From an uncultured archaeon (lineage in GTDB: Archaea; Aenigmatarchaeota; Aenigmatarchaeia; CG10238-14; SCSR01): 64,000 bases of DNA. Shown piece after piece: positions 8,842 to 18,531 of the stretch (within the stretch, counting starts at the first letter, position 1; the number at the start of each line of letters is the position of its first letter). The notes beneath the pieces are model-generated. The model saw only the letters and a list, made by a program, of their open reading frames with translations, searched no databases and had not been told where the DNA came from. A program made the translations under genes and the position numbers. The stretch is from the NCBI GenBank assembly GCA_964537835.1, contig CAZICS010000002.1, positions 10,356 to 74,355 of the forward strand, read 5' to 3'.

Positions 8842-9527
8842 AAGTAACGATTGTAAGTAAGTATGATAAAAAGCCTATAGAAAAAATTTTGAGAAAGTTT
8901 AATTTTCGAGTAGTTAATAAAAATCCTGATGTAGTTTTAACCTATGGTGGAGATGGAACGATTTTATATAGTGAAAGAAAGTTTCCTTCGGTCCCTAAGC
9001 TTATCATTAAGTATAAATCAAGTATTTGTAGAAAATGCGATTATTCTTTTAAAGATTTGGAAAAAGTTTTGGAAAAGCTTTCCAGAGGCAAATTTAAAAT
9101 TTTAAAAGAAATGAAGCTCGAAGCGAAGTTTAAGGATAAAAGACTAATTGCCTTGAACGAAATTCAGATTCATAACAAATTTCCAACTAAAGCCATAAGA
9201 TTTTCTGTTTGGGTTAACGGAAAAAAATTTGAAAATTTGATAGGGGATGGTGTAATAATCGCAACACCCTTTGGTTCTACGGCTTACTATTCTTCGACAG
9301 GTGGAAAACCTTTCAAAAAAGGCATTGGGATTTCGTTCAACAACCTTTTTATAAAAAAGATTAAAAGTTTTGTTGTTCGAGAAAACTCAAAAATTAAAGT
9401 TAGAATTGAAAAAGGACCTGCTTTACTCTTAGCTGATAATTTGGAAAAATTTATAGAGCTTAAGGAAGGCGATGAAGTCCTAATTAAAAAAACTGGAGAA
9501 TATGCAAACTTTATCTTTTTTTCCTAG
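8838..9527 (+). CDS. nadK: NAD kinase
   Basis: GGDGTIL and GDGVIIATPFGSTAYYSS motifs. Probable TTG start overlapping the upstream stop (TTGA). Confidence 0.8.
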   Translation: MKVTIVSKYDKKPIEKILRKFNFRVVNKNPDVVLTYGGDGTILYSERKFPSVPKLIIKYKSSICRKCDYSFKDLEKVLEKLSRGKFKILKEMKLEAKFKDKRLIALNEIQIHNKFPTKAIRFSVWVNGKKFENLIGDGVIIATPFGSTAYYSSTGGKPFKKGIGISFNNLFIKKIKSFVVRENSKIKVRIEKGPALLLADNLEKFIELKEGDEVLIKKTGEYANFIFFS

Positions 9528-10086
9528 TTTTTTTCTTCATCCTTTCTTCTAAAATTTTTGAAAATCTTATTGCTGCTTCTTCTATTTCACTTCCCAAAAC
9601 CATTGCAACACTGACTAAAGCTACTATCGCCCAAATTATTATGACTATTAAAACTATTCCAGCCAATGCCGAATGTATTTGGTCGAGTAAGGGTTTGAAA
9701 AGAAGGAAGAAGAATGAAACGAGTAGAATGTTTGCTAGATTGCTGAAAGACCTTTGCAATCTTAAGAGCCTTTGCTTGCTAATTTTCTCTCTCTCGCTTC
9801 CAATATAATATGCAACAAAGCCTGCGCAAGCATCCGATACATTTCTTATTTCATTAAATGAAAGGATTATTAAAAGAATAAGAGCGAGAATTAAGATCAA
9901 GTTTATTATTCTTGAACTTTCTACTTCGTATATTTTAATCCCTGCTGTCAGCGGAATGAAAACGATTGTTCCAAATAGCCAGATTAAAATCGCAGACGAG
10001 ATGAAAACTATAAATTTTGGAAGGCTTGTTCGCAATTTTTTTGCAGCATCCAAGTAAACTTCTTCTATTCTATTCTCGTCTTTCAT
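9511..10086 (-). CDS. Hypothetical polytopic membrane protein
   Basis: Four hydrophobic segments; no recognised motif. Confidence 0.4.
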   Translation of the reverse strand: MKDENRIEEVYLDAAKKLRTSLPKFIVFISSAILIWLFGTIVFIPLTAGIKIYEVESSRIINLILILALILLIILSFNEIRNVSDACAGFVAYYIGSEREKISKQRLLRLQRSFSNLANILLVSFFFLLFKPLLDQIHSALAGIVLIVIIIWAIVALVSVAMVLGSEIEEAAIRFSKILEERMKKKTRKKR

Positions 10087-10186
10087 TAAGAAAAGTTTAG
10101 ATGGAAAAGCTTAAAAACTTTATTTCCCAAGTATTTTTAGTGAAATATAAAAGAGGAGGTTGAAGCTAACCGATTAATGACTATTT

Positions 10187-10223
10187 CTTAACCTACTTAG
10201 CCTAGCTAAGTAGTGAAGTTAAA
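10187..10223 (+). promoter_or_regulatory. Stable hairpin in the 5' leader of the TRAM gene, ending next to the GGAGG Shine-Dalgarno sequence
   Basis: Perfect 9-bp stem CTACTTAGC (10193-10201) / GCTAAGTAG (10205-10213) with a 3-nt loop. It is extended by 5 more pairs (TTAAC 10188-10192 with GTTAA 10218-10222). SD is at 10224-10228 and ATG at 10236. Confidence 0.5.
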
Positions 10224-10235
10224 GGAGGTTTTAAA

Positions 10236-10505
10236 ATGAGGAAAGGTTTTGGAAGAAGGGGTTTTAGACCAAGATTAGACTTGCCAAAGCCAGTAAAAGT
10301 TGGAGAAGAATACGATGTAGAGATAAACGAAGTAGGATCAAAAGGCGATGGGATAGCTAGAGTCAAAAATTTCGTAGTATTTGTAGGAGGAACGAAAAAA
10401 GGCGATAAAGCTCATATAAGAATAAAAGAGGTAAGGAATAGGTTTGCAATAGGTGAAAAGGTCGAGACCTCTTCTGAGGGTGAGAAGGAAGAAGTTAAAG
10501 AATAA
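10236..10505 (+). CDS. Small TRAM-domain (OB-fold, RNA-binding) protein
   Basis: GEEYDVEINEVGSKGDGIARVKNFVVFVGGTKKGDKAHIRIKEV is the typical archaeal stand-alone TRAM sequence. Strong SD. Confidence 0.8.
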   Translation: MRKGFGRRGFRPRLDLPKPVKVGEEYDVEINEVGSKGDGIARVKNFVVFVGGTKKGDKAHIRIKEVRNRFAIGEKVETSSEGEKEEVKE

Positions 10506-10530
10506 ATCAAAAGCTGAACTTTTCTCTTCT

Positions 10531-11268
10531 TTAGCTTTTTATTAATTTCAGGAATTGTTCAGCATTTTCTCTCATGAAAACATTGTTGAAGAAAACATAG
10601 ATTTCTTTAGCCTTAATTTCTTCTATTTTATTCTTCAATTCCTTGAGCTCTTTTTTCGAATATTTGTGCTTGTAATTAATTCTTCCTTTCTCGTATTTTC
10701 CATGCAATCTAAAATAGGCTATTCTTTTCTTGGAAAGCCAAAGAGGTTCAGAAATAAAGGGGTCAACGCAAGCTATCAAGTCAAATTTTTTGCATATTGC
10801 TTTAAAACCTTCTTTACTCCAACCCCTTAATTCTAGGGCAATCGAAATCCCATTCCTTCTAATTTTTGAGAAAAACTTTTCTGCATTCTTTAAATTTTCT
10901 TCATTTTCTTTAAAGCTAGCTGGTAGTTGGATTAATATAACCTTAGCATCTAAAGCTTTTGCAGCCTCTAAGCTTTTTTTCCAGGAATGAAAAACTTCTT
11001 TGCTTGCTTTTAAACTACCATAATTCTCCTTTTTTCCAAAAATTTCTCCCTTAAACCTTTTCCAGGTTGGAGATTTAAAAGTATGGGTAACTCCTTGAAA
11101 GCATTTAAGCGTGAAAATAAAATTCTTTGGTGCTAATTCTTTCCACTTTCTCAAAGTTTTTTCTTCGGGTACTTGATAAAAAGTTTTTTGAATCTCTACA
11201 GCTTGAAAAGTTTGAAAGTATTTTTTCATCCCAATGGGAAAGCCGCAGCAACCAACCAGAACTTTCAT
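10531..11268 (-). CDS. DUF72 (UPF0759) family protein
   Basis: N-terminal VGCCGFP, the central TIM-like pattern and YFRLHG near the C-terminus. Confidence 0.7.
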   Translation of the reverse strand: MKVLVGCCGFPIGMKKYFQTFQAVEIQKTFYQVPEEKTLRKWKELAPKNFIFTLKCFQGVTHTFKSPTWKRFKGEIFGKKENYGSLKASKEVFHSWKKSLEAAKALDAKVILIQLPASFKENEENLKNAEKFFSKIRRNGISIALELRGWSKEGFKAICKKFDLIACVDPFISEPLWLSKKRIAYFRLHGKYEKGRINYKHKYSKKELKELKNKIEEIKAKEIYVFFNNVFMRENAEQFLKLIKS

Positions 11269-11400
11269 AATTTAAATTTAAAAAGAAATTTTAAATTTAG
11301 TATTATCGTACGCTAACTTTAATAGGAGCTTAAGTGTTTAATCGCTCTTTCTCTTTTGGCTTTATCAATCGGAAATAATAATTCAATAGTAGCAGTTTAA

Positions 11401-11880
11401 TTAAATTCCGATTATCCTTCTAGACTTTGGCAGCAAATTTTTAATCCCATCTTCCAAAGCCAAGCTACATCCAAGAATATCATCCTTCCTCTTAATTATC
11501 ACAAAGTTGTGAGCTTCGCAATTTTTAGGCAGCTTAATCTTCAAGTCAGAACCTTGCATGAATTTTAAAGCATCGGCTTCATCTAATTCCAAAATATTTT
11601 TTGTAGCATTCTTTCCGACTAGCTGAGCACCTTCAGTCGATAAATGAATTTTCTCATTCCTCTTTAATTTTCCAAAGTAAAGGCCGAAAGAATTAATTTT
11701 CAACTTGCTTAAATCTATCTCAAAAAATTTTTTTGTTAGCAGCCAAACCTTCCTTTCCTTTCCGCTTTCGAAAACCAAGAACTTGCTTAAGTCGATTTTA
11801 CTCCCATAATTTTTTTCAACGATTCTTTCTAACTCTTTTATCTCCTCTCTACCGTAAAATCTTACTTCCTTAACTTGCAT
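11401..11880 (-). CDS. NIP7-like pre-PUA/PUA domain protein (probable)
   Basis: About 160 aa, with a C-terminal PUA-like segment (HNFVIIKRKDDILGCSLALEDG). It overlaps the upstream NOP2/Sun methyltransferase gene by 19 nt. Confidence 0.45.
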   Translation of the reverse strand: MQVKEVRFYGREEIKELERIVEKNYGSKIDLSKFLVFESGKERKVWLLTKKFFEIDLSKLKINSFGLYFGKLKRNEKIHLSTEGAQLVGKNATKNILELDEADALKFMQGSDLKIKLPKNCEAHNFVIIKRKDDILGCSLALEDGIKNLLPKSRRIIGI

Positions 11881-12764
11881 ACGAAAAACCCCTCCTTATC
11901 CCTTGGAATTACTCTTATGGCTTTTCTAACTTCCTCGCTAAAAACTTTTCCGTTCCAGCTTTTCAAACCTTCCATATATTCTAAACCCTTAATCTTTATT
12001 TCTTCGACGCTCAATCCAAGCTTTTTAACCGCAAAGTCAACTATTTCTTCGTTCTCCTCTGGCTCTAGAGAGCAAGTAGAGTAAACCAATATACCATTCT
12101 CCTCCAAGCATTTGGAAGCAGAGATCAAAAGCCTTTTTTGAATCCTAGTCAAATAATTCATCGTATACTTTCCTATTTGCTGGAAAATTCTAGGATTCAG
12201 GCTTCCGCTTCCGCTGCAGGGTACGTCTAACAAAATCTTTTTGAATTTTAGCCCAGTCTTCCAAAATTTTCTTCCATCCATCAAAGTAACTACTGTGTTG
12301 ATTACTCCAAGCCTCTGTAAATTCCCTCTCAAAGCCCTTAGCCTCTTAATTTTTACATCGTTAGCTATTATCAAGCCTGAATTTTCCATTAGCTGAGCAA
12401 TTTGGGTTGTTTTCGCTCCTGGAGCTGCACATAAATCCAAAATTATTTCATCCTTTTTTGGTTCTAAAGCTAGAGGAGGAATCATGCTTGAAACATTTTG
12501 GACGAAAAAGTAGCCAACCTGGTGCTCTATGGTTTTGCTTATATTTTCCCTAGCTTCAACGTAAAACCCTTCCTCATACCACTCAATTGGTTTAAATTTC
12601 CATCCTCTTCTTTCCATTTTTTTCTTGAATTCTTCAACCGAAATTTTCAGGGTATTGACTCTAATGGATTGAGGAGGTAGTTTGAGGAATTCAAAAAATT
12701 CTTTTCCGTAAATTTTTAGATATCTTTCTCTTTGAAATTCTTTGAGTGCAAATTCTACTTTCAT
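11862..12764 (-). CDS. NOL1/NOP2/Sun-family RNA cytosine-C5 methyltransferase
   Basis: SAM motif LDLCAAPGAKTTQIA and catalytic Cys motifs DVPCSGSG and YSTCSLEPEENE. Confidence 0.85.
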   Translation of the reverse strand: MKVEFALKEFQRERYLKIYGKEFFEFLKLPPQSIRVNTLKISVEEFKKKMERRGWKFKPIEWYEEGFYVEARENISKTIEHQVGYFFVQNVSSMIPPLALEPKKDEIILDLCAAPGAKTTQIAQLMENSGLIIANDVKIKRLRALRGNLQRLGVINTVVTLMDGRKFWKTGLKFKKILLDVPCSGSGSLNPRIFQQIGKYTMNYLTRIQKRLLISASKCLEENGILVYSTCSLEPEENEEIVDFAVKKLGLSVEEIKIKGLEYMEGLKSWNGKVFSEEVRKAIRVIPRDKEGFFVCKLRK

Positions 12765-12815
12765 ATTATTATTTAAGCTAAGGGTAAGTTTTATTTTTCA
12801 AAATTTCCATATAGT

Positions 12816-15503
12816 ATGCGCGATTTTATGATCCGCTTAGTCAATACAAAAAAACTGCCAAAAGACGAAAAAATTTTGAATTTGCTTAGACCTTATGTGA
12901 AAGAATGGTTCAAGAAAAATTTTAAAGAGTTCACTCTACCCCAAAAGTTTGCAATCCCCTTGATTCATAAAAAGAAAAATGTTCTAGTCACAGCTCCCAC
13001 TGGAAGCGGAAAAACCCTCTCAGCATTTTTAGCTATTCTGAATGAACTTTTTAGATTGGCTGAAAGGAATAGGCTTGAAAATAAAATTTATTGCATTTAT
13101 GTTTCACCCTTAAGAGCGCTCGATAACGATATTCATAGAAATTTAGAGATTCCGCTGAAAGAAATTCCAAAAATTGCGGAAAAGAAGTTTAAGATTAAGC
13201 TGGAAGAGGTTAGGGTTGGCATAAGGACTGGCGATACTTTACCCAGCGAGAAGCAAAAACAATTGAGAAAGCCACCTCACATTTTGATAACTACTCCTGA
13301 AACTTTAGCCATTTTATTAGGAACTAGAAAATTCAAGGAAAATTTGAAGGATGTTAAATGGGTAATAGTAGATGAGATTCACGAGCTTGCTAATTCTAAG
13401 CGTGGAATTCATTTGAGCCTAAGCTTGGAAAGATTACAGCATTTTGTTGGAAAGGAATTTGTTAGAATAGGCTTAGGAGCAACTTTAGAACCTTTGGAAG
13501 AGGCTGCTAAATTTTTAGTTGGGCTGAAAAAAGGAAAATTCAGGAGCTGCTATATTATAGATGCGAGATTCGTCAAGCCAATAGATATAAAAGTTCTAGT
13601 TCCCTCTAAAAATTTAATTTTTGAAAGCGCGGAGCAAATCAATAGAAAAATGTACAATTTGCTAGACAATTTAATTTCTAAGCATAGGACTACGCTCGTT
13701 TTTACCAATACAAGAAGTGGAGCTGAAAGAGTTCATTTCCATTTAAAACAATTATTTCCAACTAAGTACTTAGACGAATTTACTGGAGTACATCATTCAA
13801 GCGTTTCCAGGGAAATAAGGTTTGAGGTTGAGGAAAAGATGAAGAAAGGGGAGCTTAGGTGTGCGATTTCTAGTTCAAGCCTCGAGTTAGGCATAGATAT
13901 TGGTTATATTGATCTGGTTGTTCAAATCGGTTCGCCAAAGTCTGTTTCTAGATTGATGCAAAGGACTGGACGGGCAGGTCATAGATTACATGAAGTTTCA
14001 AAGGGAAGGATAATTTGTTTGGATAGGGATGATTTGGTCGAATGCTTGGTAATGGCTAAGAAGTGTTACGAATACTGGTTAGATAAATTTTACATGCCAA
14101 GGAATTGCCTGGATGTTTTAGCTCAGCATTTAGCAGGAATGGCTATAGAGAAGAAGTGGAATGTTAAAGAAGCTTTTAGCTTAGTTAAGCAAGCCTATCC
14201 TTTCAAAGATTTAAAATTCGAAACTTTTCTTAGGGTTTTAGAGTATTTGGCTGGCCATTATCATACGCTCGAAGACTACTCAGTTTATGGAAAGATTTGG
14301 TTTGACCCAAAAGACCAAATGTTTGGAAGGAGGGGAAAGTATGCGAGGGTAATTTATACTTTGAATATAGGAACGATTCCCGATGAAGTAAAGATTAAGA
14401 TTAAAACTCTAGAAGGAAAATGGGTTGGGTTTATCGAAGAAGGTTTCTTGGAAAGGTTGGTTCCTGGTGACATTTTTGTTCTAGGCGGAAAAACTTATGA
14501 GTTTGTAAAAGCTAGGAAAAGTACTGCTTACGTTAAGCATGTAAAGGAAAAAAGGCCGACCATTCCAAGCTGGTTTTCTGAGCAATTGCCTTTAAGCTTT
14601 GATTTAGCTTTAGAAATAGCAAGATTTAGGGGAAAGATGCTAAGAATGATTGAGAAGAAGAGTAAGAAGGAAGTAATCGAGTTTTTGAAGCAGAAATATT
14701 TGGCTAACAAAGAAGTTGCTCAAGCAATCTACGATTACATGCTATTGCAATTAAAGTTTTTGAAAAAGTTTGGAGTTAAAAATTATCCGAGCGATAAAGT
14801 AATTTTGGTCGAAAATGTTATCGAGCCGGATGCTCAAAATCTTGTTTTCCATACTTTGTACGGAAGAAGAGTTAACGACGCTTTGAGCAGGGCTTTCGCT
14901 TATGTTCTAATGAAAAAAGTTGGGAGAAGCATAGGCGTAGCTATAAGCGATAATGGCTTTATTCTAACCATACCTTTTGAAAGCTTCTCTGCTTCCAAAT
15001 GGTTGAGTATCAAATCTTTAAGAAGAAAGTTCAGGAAGTTTAACCCGAAGGAAATTGTAAAGCTCGTTAATTCGAAGAATTTTGAGGAAATTTTAAGGAA
15101 GGCTATCGAAAACACAGAGCTTATCAAAAGAAAATTCAGGCATTGCGCTGCGAGAGCATTCATGATTCTAAGGAATTATAAGGGTTATGAGATAAGCGTC
15201 GAGAAACAGCAAATGAATGCTGAAAGATTGATAAAGGTTGTTAAAAAATTGGGTAAGTTTCCAATTTTAGAAGAAACCTATAGGGAAATTCTAGAAGATT
15301 TTATGGACGTAAAGAATGCGAAAAAAATTTTGGAGGATATAGAAAAAGGGAAAGTTAAGCTTGAATTTTTGCCAGAAAGCAATGTTCCCTCACCATTCGC
15401 TCATAATCTATTCGTGATTAGCGAGAGCGATGTGATTTTGATGGAAGATAGGAAGAAGTTGTTGCTAGAGTTGCATAAGAAAGTAGTGAGTTCGATTAGC
15501 TAG
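12816..15503 (+). CDS. lhr: Lhr-family (Lhr-core) ATP-dependent DEAH-box helicase
   Basis: Walker A TAPTGSGKT, DEIH box (VDEIHEL), motif VI QRTGRAGH, and a long C-terminal Lhr WH/domain-4 region. About 895 aa. Confidence 0.85.
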   Translation: MRDFMIRLVNTKKLPKDEKILNLLRPYVKEWFKKNFKEFTLPQKFAIPLIHKKKNVLVTAPTGSGKTLSAFLAILNELFRLAERNRLENKIYCIYVSPLRALDNDIHRNLEIPLKEIPKIAEKKFKIKLEEVRVGIRTGDTLPSEKQKQLRKPPHILITTPETLAILLGTRKFKENLKDVKWVIVDEIHELANSKRGIHLSLSLERLQHFVGKEFVRIGLGATLEPLEEAAKFLVGLKKGKFRSCYIIDARFVKPIDIKVLVPSKNLIFESAEQINRKMYNLLDNLISKHRTTLVFTNTRSGAERVHFHLKQLFPTKYLDEFTGVHHSSVSREIRFEVEEKMKKGELRCAISSSSLELGIDIGYIDLVVQIGSPKSVSRLMQRTGRAGHRLHEVSKGRIICLDRDDLVECLVMAKKCYEYWLDKFYMPRNCLDVLAQHLAGMAIEKKWNVKEAFSLVKQAYPFKDLKFETFLRVLEYLAGHYHTLEDYSVYGKIWFDPKDQMFGRRGKYARVIYTLNIGTIPDEVKIKIKTLEGKWVGFIEEGFLERLVPGDIFVLGGKTYEFVKARKSTAYVKHVKEKRPTIPSWFSEQLPLSFDLALEIARFRGKMLRMIEKKSKKEVIEFLKQKYLANKEVAQAIYDYMLLQLKFLKKFGVKNYPSDKVILVENVIEPDAQNLVFHTLYGRRVNDALSRAFAYVLMKKVGRSIGVAISDNGFILTIPFESFSASKWLSIKSLRRKFRKFNPKEIVKLVNSKNFEEILRKAIENTELIKRKFRHCAARAFMILRNYKGYEISVEKQQMNAERLIKVVKKLGKFPILEETYREILEDFMDVKNAKKILEDIEKGKVKLEFLPESNVPSPFAHNLFVISESDVILMEDRKKLLLELHKKVVSSIS

Positions 15504-15507
15504 CCTT

Positions 15508-15525
15508 ATGTTATATGTATAACAT
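15508..15525. repeat. Copy 1 of the 18-nt palindrome family (ATGTTATA-TG-TATAACAT), 5 nt after the lhr stop
   Basis: Exact string ATGTTATATGTATAACAT, identical to the copy at 56291-56308. Confidence 0.9.
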
Positions 15526-15566
15526 TAAGTTTAAAACTATTTCTAAATTAACTTAGTTTGAGAGAT

Positions 15567-16304
15567 ATGCAAGTTTTTAAGGGAATAGAAACGGTTGACG
15601 GTTTTCCAGCAATTTTTCTCGAAGAGTTGAAAGCTATAGCAATAGCTGATTTGCATTTAGGCTATGAACTAGCTTTGGCTGAGCAAGGTATTTTTGTCCC
15701 TCAAACACAGCTTAAAGAAATAAAAAAGGATTTGAACGAAATTTTTAAGCTGGTTAAAGCAGAAAAGCTAATAATAGTTGGAGATTTGAAGCATGAATTT
15801 GGGGAAGCTTCCAAGCAGGAATGGAGAGAAGTTAAGGATCTAATGAATTTTCTTTGGAAAAAAGTTAAGCAAATAATTTTGGTAAGGGGGAATCATGACA
15901 ATTACTTACTAACCATAATCTCAAAGCTTGGAATTGATTTATTCGACCCTTATTATTTGGAAAAAGGAGTTTGTTTTATTCATGGTCATAAAAAAATTGA
16001 AATTCCAAAGGAAGCAAAAACTTTGATAATTGGTCATGAACATCCAAGCCTAATTTTAAAAGAAGGTTTTGATAGAGTTAAAGTTCCTTGTTTGCTTTAT
16101 GGAAGAACAAAAAGTAATTTAAATTTTATTTGCTTACCCGCATTCTCTAGCTGGGCTTCTGGGACTGATGTTAATCTGGTTTCTAAAGAAGATTTACTCT
16201 CTCCAATTTTAAGGGAAGAGGTCGAATTTGAGAATTTAATTCCAATAGGTTTGGAAAAGGGACTTAAACCTTTGAAATTCCCTAAGCTTAAAGAGTTAGT
16301 CTAA
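15567..16304 (+). CDS. Metallophosphoesterase (MPE / MJ0037-like), the usual partner of Lhr
   Basis: Calcineurin-like motifs DLHLG, GDLKHEF, RGNHDN and GHEHP. Lies directly downstream of lhr. Confidence 0.8.
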   Translation: MQVFKGIETVDGFPAIFLEELKAIAIADLHLGYELALAEQGIFVPQTQLKEIKKDLNEIFKLVKAEKLIIVGDLKHEFGEASKQEWREVKDLMNFLWKKVKQIILVRGNHDNYLLTIISKLGIDLFDPYYLEKGVCFIHGHKKIEIPKEAKTLIIGHEHPSLILKEGFDRVKVPCLLYGRTKSNLNFICLPAFSSWASGTDVNLVSKEDLLSPILREEVEFENLIPIGLEKGLKPLKFPKLKELV

Positions 16305-16852
16305 TCTATATCTTCAATTCTAATTAGTTTTACACCTTTCTGAACCATTTCCTCTATGGCTTTTCTTTCATCCTCGGCATTCACTCCTCTGCAAGCATCT
16401 TCGAGCAAGAAAACTTCAAACCCTTTTTCTAAAGCATCTAAGCAAGTTGCTTTAACACAATACTCAGTTGCAACACCTCCAACCCAAACTTTTCTAATTC
16501 CATTTTCCTTTAAAATTTTTTCTAAATCTGTATCTTCAAACCCTGAATAGGCTTCTTTCTTAGGGTTAGTTCCTTTCGAAATTATTATCGTATTTTCAGG
16601 AAGTTTGAGCTCTGGATGAAACTCAGCACCTTCGCTATTTTGAACGCAATGCCTAGGCCATTTTCCACCTTCTTCTTCGAAGGAAGTATGATTAGGAGGA
16701 TGCCAATCTTTTGTTGCGATTATGACTTTTCCTAAAAATTTTCCTATATATTTGTTGAGAATAGGAACAATTTCATCAGCTCCTGGAACTTCTAAACTCC
16801 CTCCCTTACAAAAATCCCTCTGCATATCGACTATTATCAATGCTTCGCTCAC
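16301..16852 (-). CDS. pncA: Nicotinamidase/pyrazinamidase (isochorismatase family)
   Basis: ALIIVDMQRDFC, DWHPPNHTSF and the catalytic Cys in ATEYCV. Confidence 0.8.
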   Translation of the reverse strand: MSEALIIVDMQRDFCKGGSLEVPGADEIVPILNKYIGKFLGKVIIATKDWHPPNHTSFEEEGGKWPRHCVQNSEGAEFHPELKLPENTIIISKGTNPKKEAYSGFEDTDLEKILKENGIRKVWVGGVATEYCVKATCLDALEKGFEVFLLEDACRGVNAEDERKAIEEMVQKGVKLIRIEDID

Positions 16853-16888
16853 AAAAATTATTCAAACTCAAAAAACTTAAATTGTTTT

Positions 16889-17881
16889 ATGAAAAAACTA
16901 GTTAGAATACCAGAGGATGCAGAAATTCCTTTGATTGGACTGATTCAAATTGGAATAATCGATAGGGGTACGAATCTTTTGCAAATAAGACCAATTTCTG
17001 TTTGTAATTTAAACTGTCCTTTTTGCTCCACAGATTCTGGCCCTTTTTCTAGGTTTCATGTCGCTGAGTATGTTGCAAGCTTAGATTATTTGATAGAATG
17101 GCTTAAGGAACTTATAGCCTTTAAAGGAAGAATTCATGCTTTCATTGATTCTGTAGGAGAGCCTTTAACTTATCCGAAGATAATCGAGTTAATCCAAGCC
17201 ATTTCTGAGTTAGAAGTAGAAAGTATTGCCTTGGAAACTAATGGGACTTTGCTTAATGAAGATAAAGTTGATGAGCTAGAGGAAGCTGGTTTGCAAAGGA
17301 TTAATTTATCCATTCATTCTCTAGATGGAAATTTAGCAAGAAATTTAGCGGGAATAGAAAGCTATGATATTAAAAGAATAGTTCAGGTTGCAGAGTATAT
17401 TGTTAAGAGTAAAATAGAACTTTTGGTAACACCAGTCTGGATTCCTGGAATAAACGATCAAGAAATTCCAAAAATAATAGAGTGGGTCAAAAAGATAAAT
17501 AAAAACAAGAGATGGCCCTGCTTAGGTATTCAAAAATACGAGGTTCATAAGTATGGTAGAAAAATAAAGGGTGTAAGAGCATTAACTTGGTGGAAATTTT
17601 TTAGGAAAATAGAAGAGTGGGAAAAACAGTTTAAGATTAAGTTAAGGATAAGGCCTAAGGATTTTGGCATAAGAAAAACAAAAATTTATCCAATAGTTTT
17701 TGAAAAGGGTGAAAAGACTAGGGTAAAAATTCTAGCTCCTGGATGGATGAGAAATGAGATGATTGGAGTAGCAAAGAATAGGAGTATAACAGTAGTTAAT
17801 TGCAATTCTAATCCAGGAGATGAGGTTAGAGTAAAAATTTTACGAACCAAACACAATTTGTATATTGCTGAGCGGATATGA
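16889..17881 (+). CDS. Radical SAM protein (COG2100-like) with C-terminal OB/TRAM-like tail
   Basis: CNLNCPFC (CxxxCxxC) cluster motif and an archaeal-type TIM half-barrel pattern. Confidence 0.7.
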   Translation: MKKLVRIPEDAEIPLIGLIQIGIIDRGTNLLQIRPISVCNLNCPFCSTDSGPFSRFHVAEYVASLDYLIEWLKELIAFKGRIHAFIDSVGEPLTYPKIIELIQAISELEVESIALETNGTLLNEDKVDELEEAGLQRINLSIHSLDGNLARNLAGIESYDIKRIVQVAEYIVKSKIELLVTPVWIPGINDQEIPKIIEWVKKINKNKRWPCLGIQKYEVHKYGRKIKGVRALTWWKFFRKIEEWEKQFKIKLRIRPKDFGIRKTKIYPIVFEKGEKTRVKILAPGWMRNEMIGVAKNRSITVVNCNSNPGDEVRVKILRTKHNLYIAERI

Positions 17882-18522
17882 TTAAAAAATCTGAACTGGA
17901 AATTCTTTTGCAAAAATTGACTGAACCTAAGCTGCCAAAAGTAAGCTTAGAACAATATACTATAACTGGCAATCTAGCTGCAGAAATTTTAAACCTTGCT
18001 TATTTGCATGGGGATATAAAAAATAAAGTAGTTTTTGACTTTGGCTGCGGTTCTGGAAGGCTTGCTATAGGGGCTGCAATGCTTGGAGCAAAGCTAGTTG
18101 TAGGAATTGACATAGATAAAGGTATGATAAAGCTTGCAAAGGAAAATTTAAAAAGGCATGAGGTTTTCATCTCCAAAAAGTTACCAGTTTATTTTGTCGT
18201 TTGCGACATTAGAAATTGGTTTTCCAAAGCTGATACAATAGTTCAAAACCCTCCTTTTGGAATTAAGTCAAGGCATGCTGACAGGATTTTCATAGAAGCT
18301 GCCTTGAGATGTGGAAAAAGAATTTATACTTTGCATAGAGATGGAAGGAAAAAGACGAGGAATTTTTTGATAAAATTTATCGAGAGCTTTAATGCAAGAG
18401 TTGAAAAAATTTTGAAGTTCGATTTTGTTTTGCCTCATACTTTCAAATTTCACAGGAAGCCAAGGGTTAAGTACTATGTTGATTTATATGTAGTAGAAAA
18501 ATTGAATAAGAGTGAAGGATAA
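17878..18522 (+). CDS. Class I SAM-dependent methyltransferase, METTL5/COG2263-like (NPPF type)
   Basis: VFDFGCGSGRLAIGAAMLGA (motif I) and QNPPFG (motif IV). Confidence 0.7.
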   Translation: MIKKSELEILLQKLTEPKLPKVSLEQYTITGNLAAEILNLAYLHGDIKNKVVFDFGCGSGRLAIGAAMLGAKLVVGIDIDKGMIKLAKENLKRHEVFISKKLPVYFVVCDIRNWFSKADTIVQNPPFGIKSRHADRIFIEAALRCGKRIYTLHRDGRKKTRNFLIKFIESFNARVEKILKFDFVLPHTFKFHRKPRVKYYVDLYVVEKLNKSEG

Positions 18523-18531
18523 AAATCAAAT

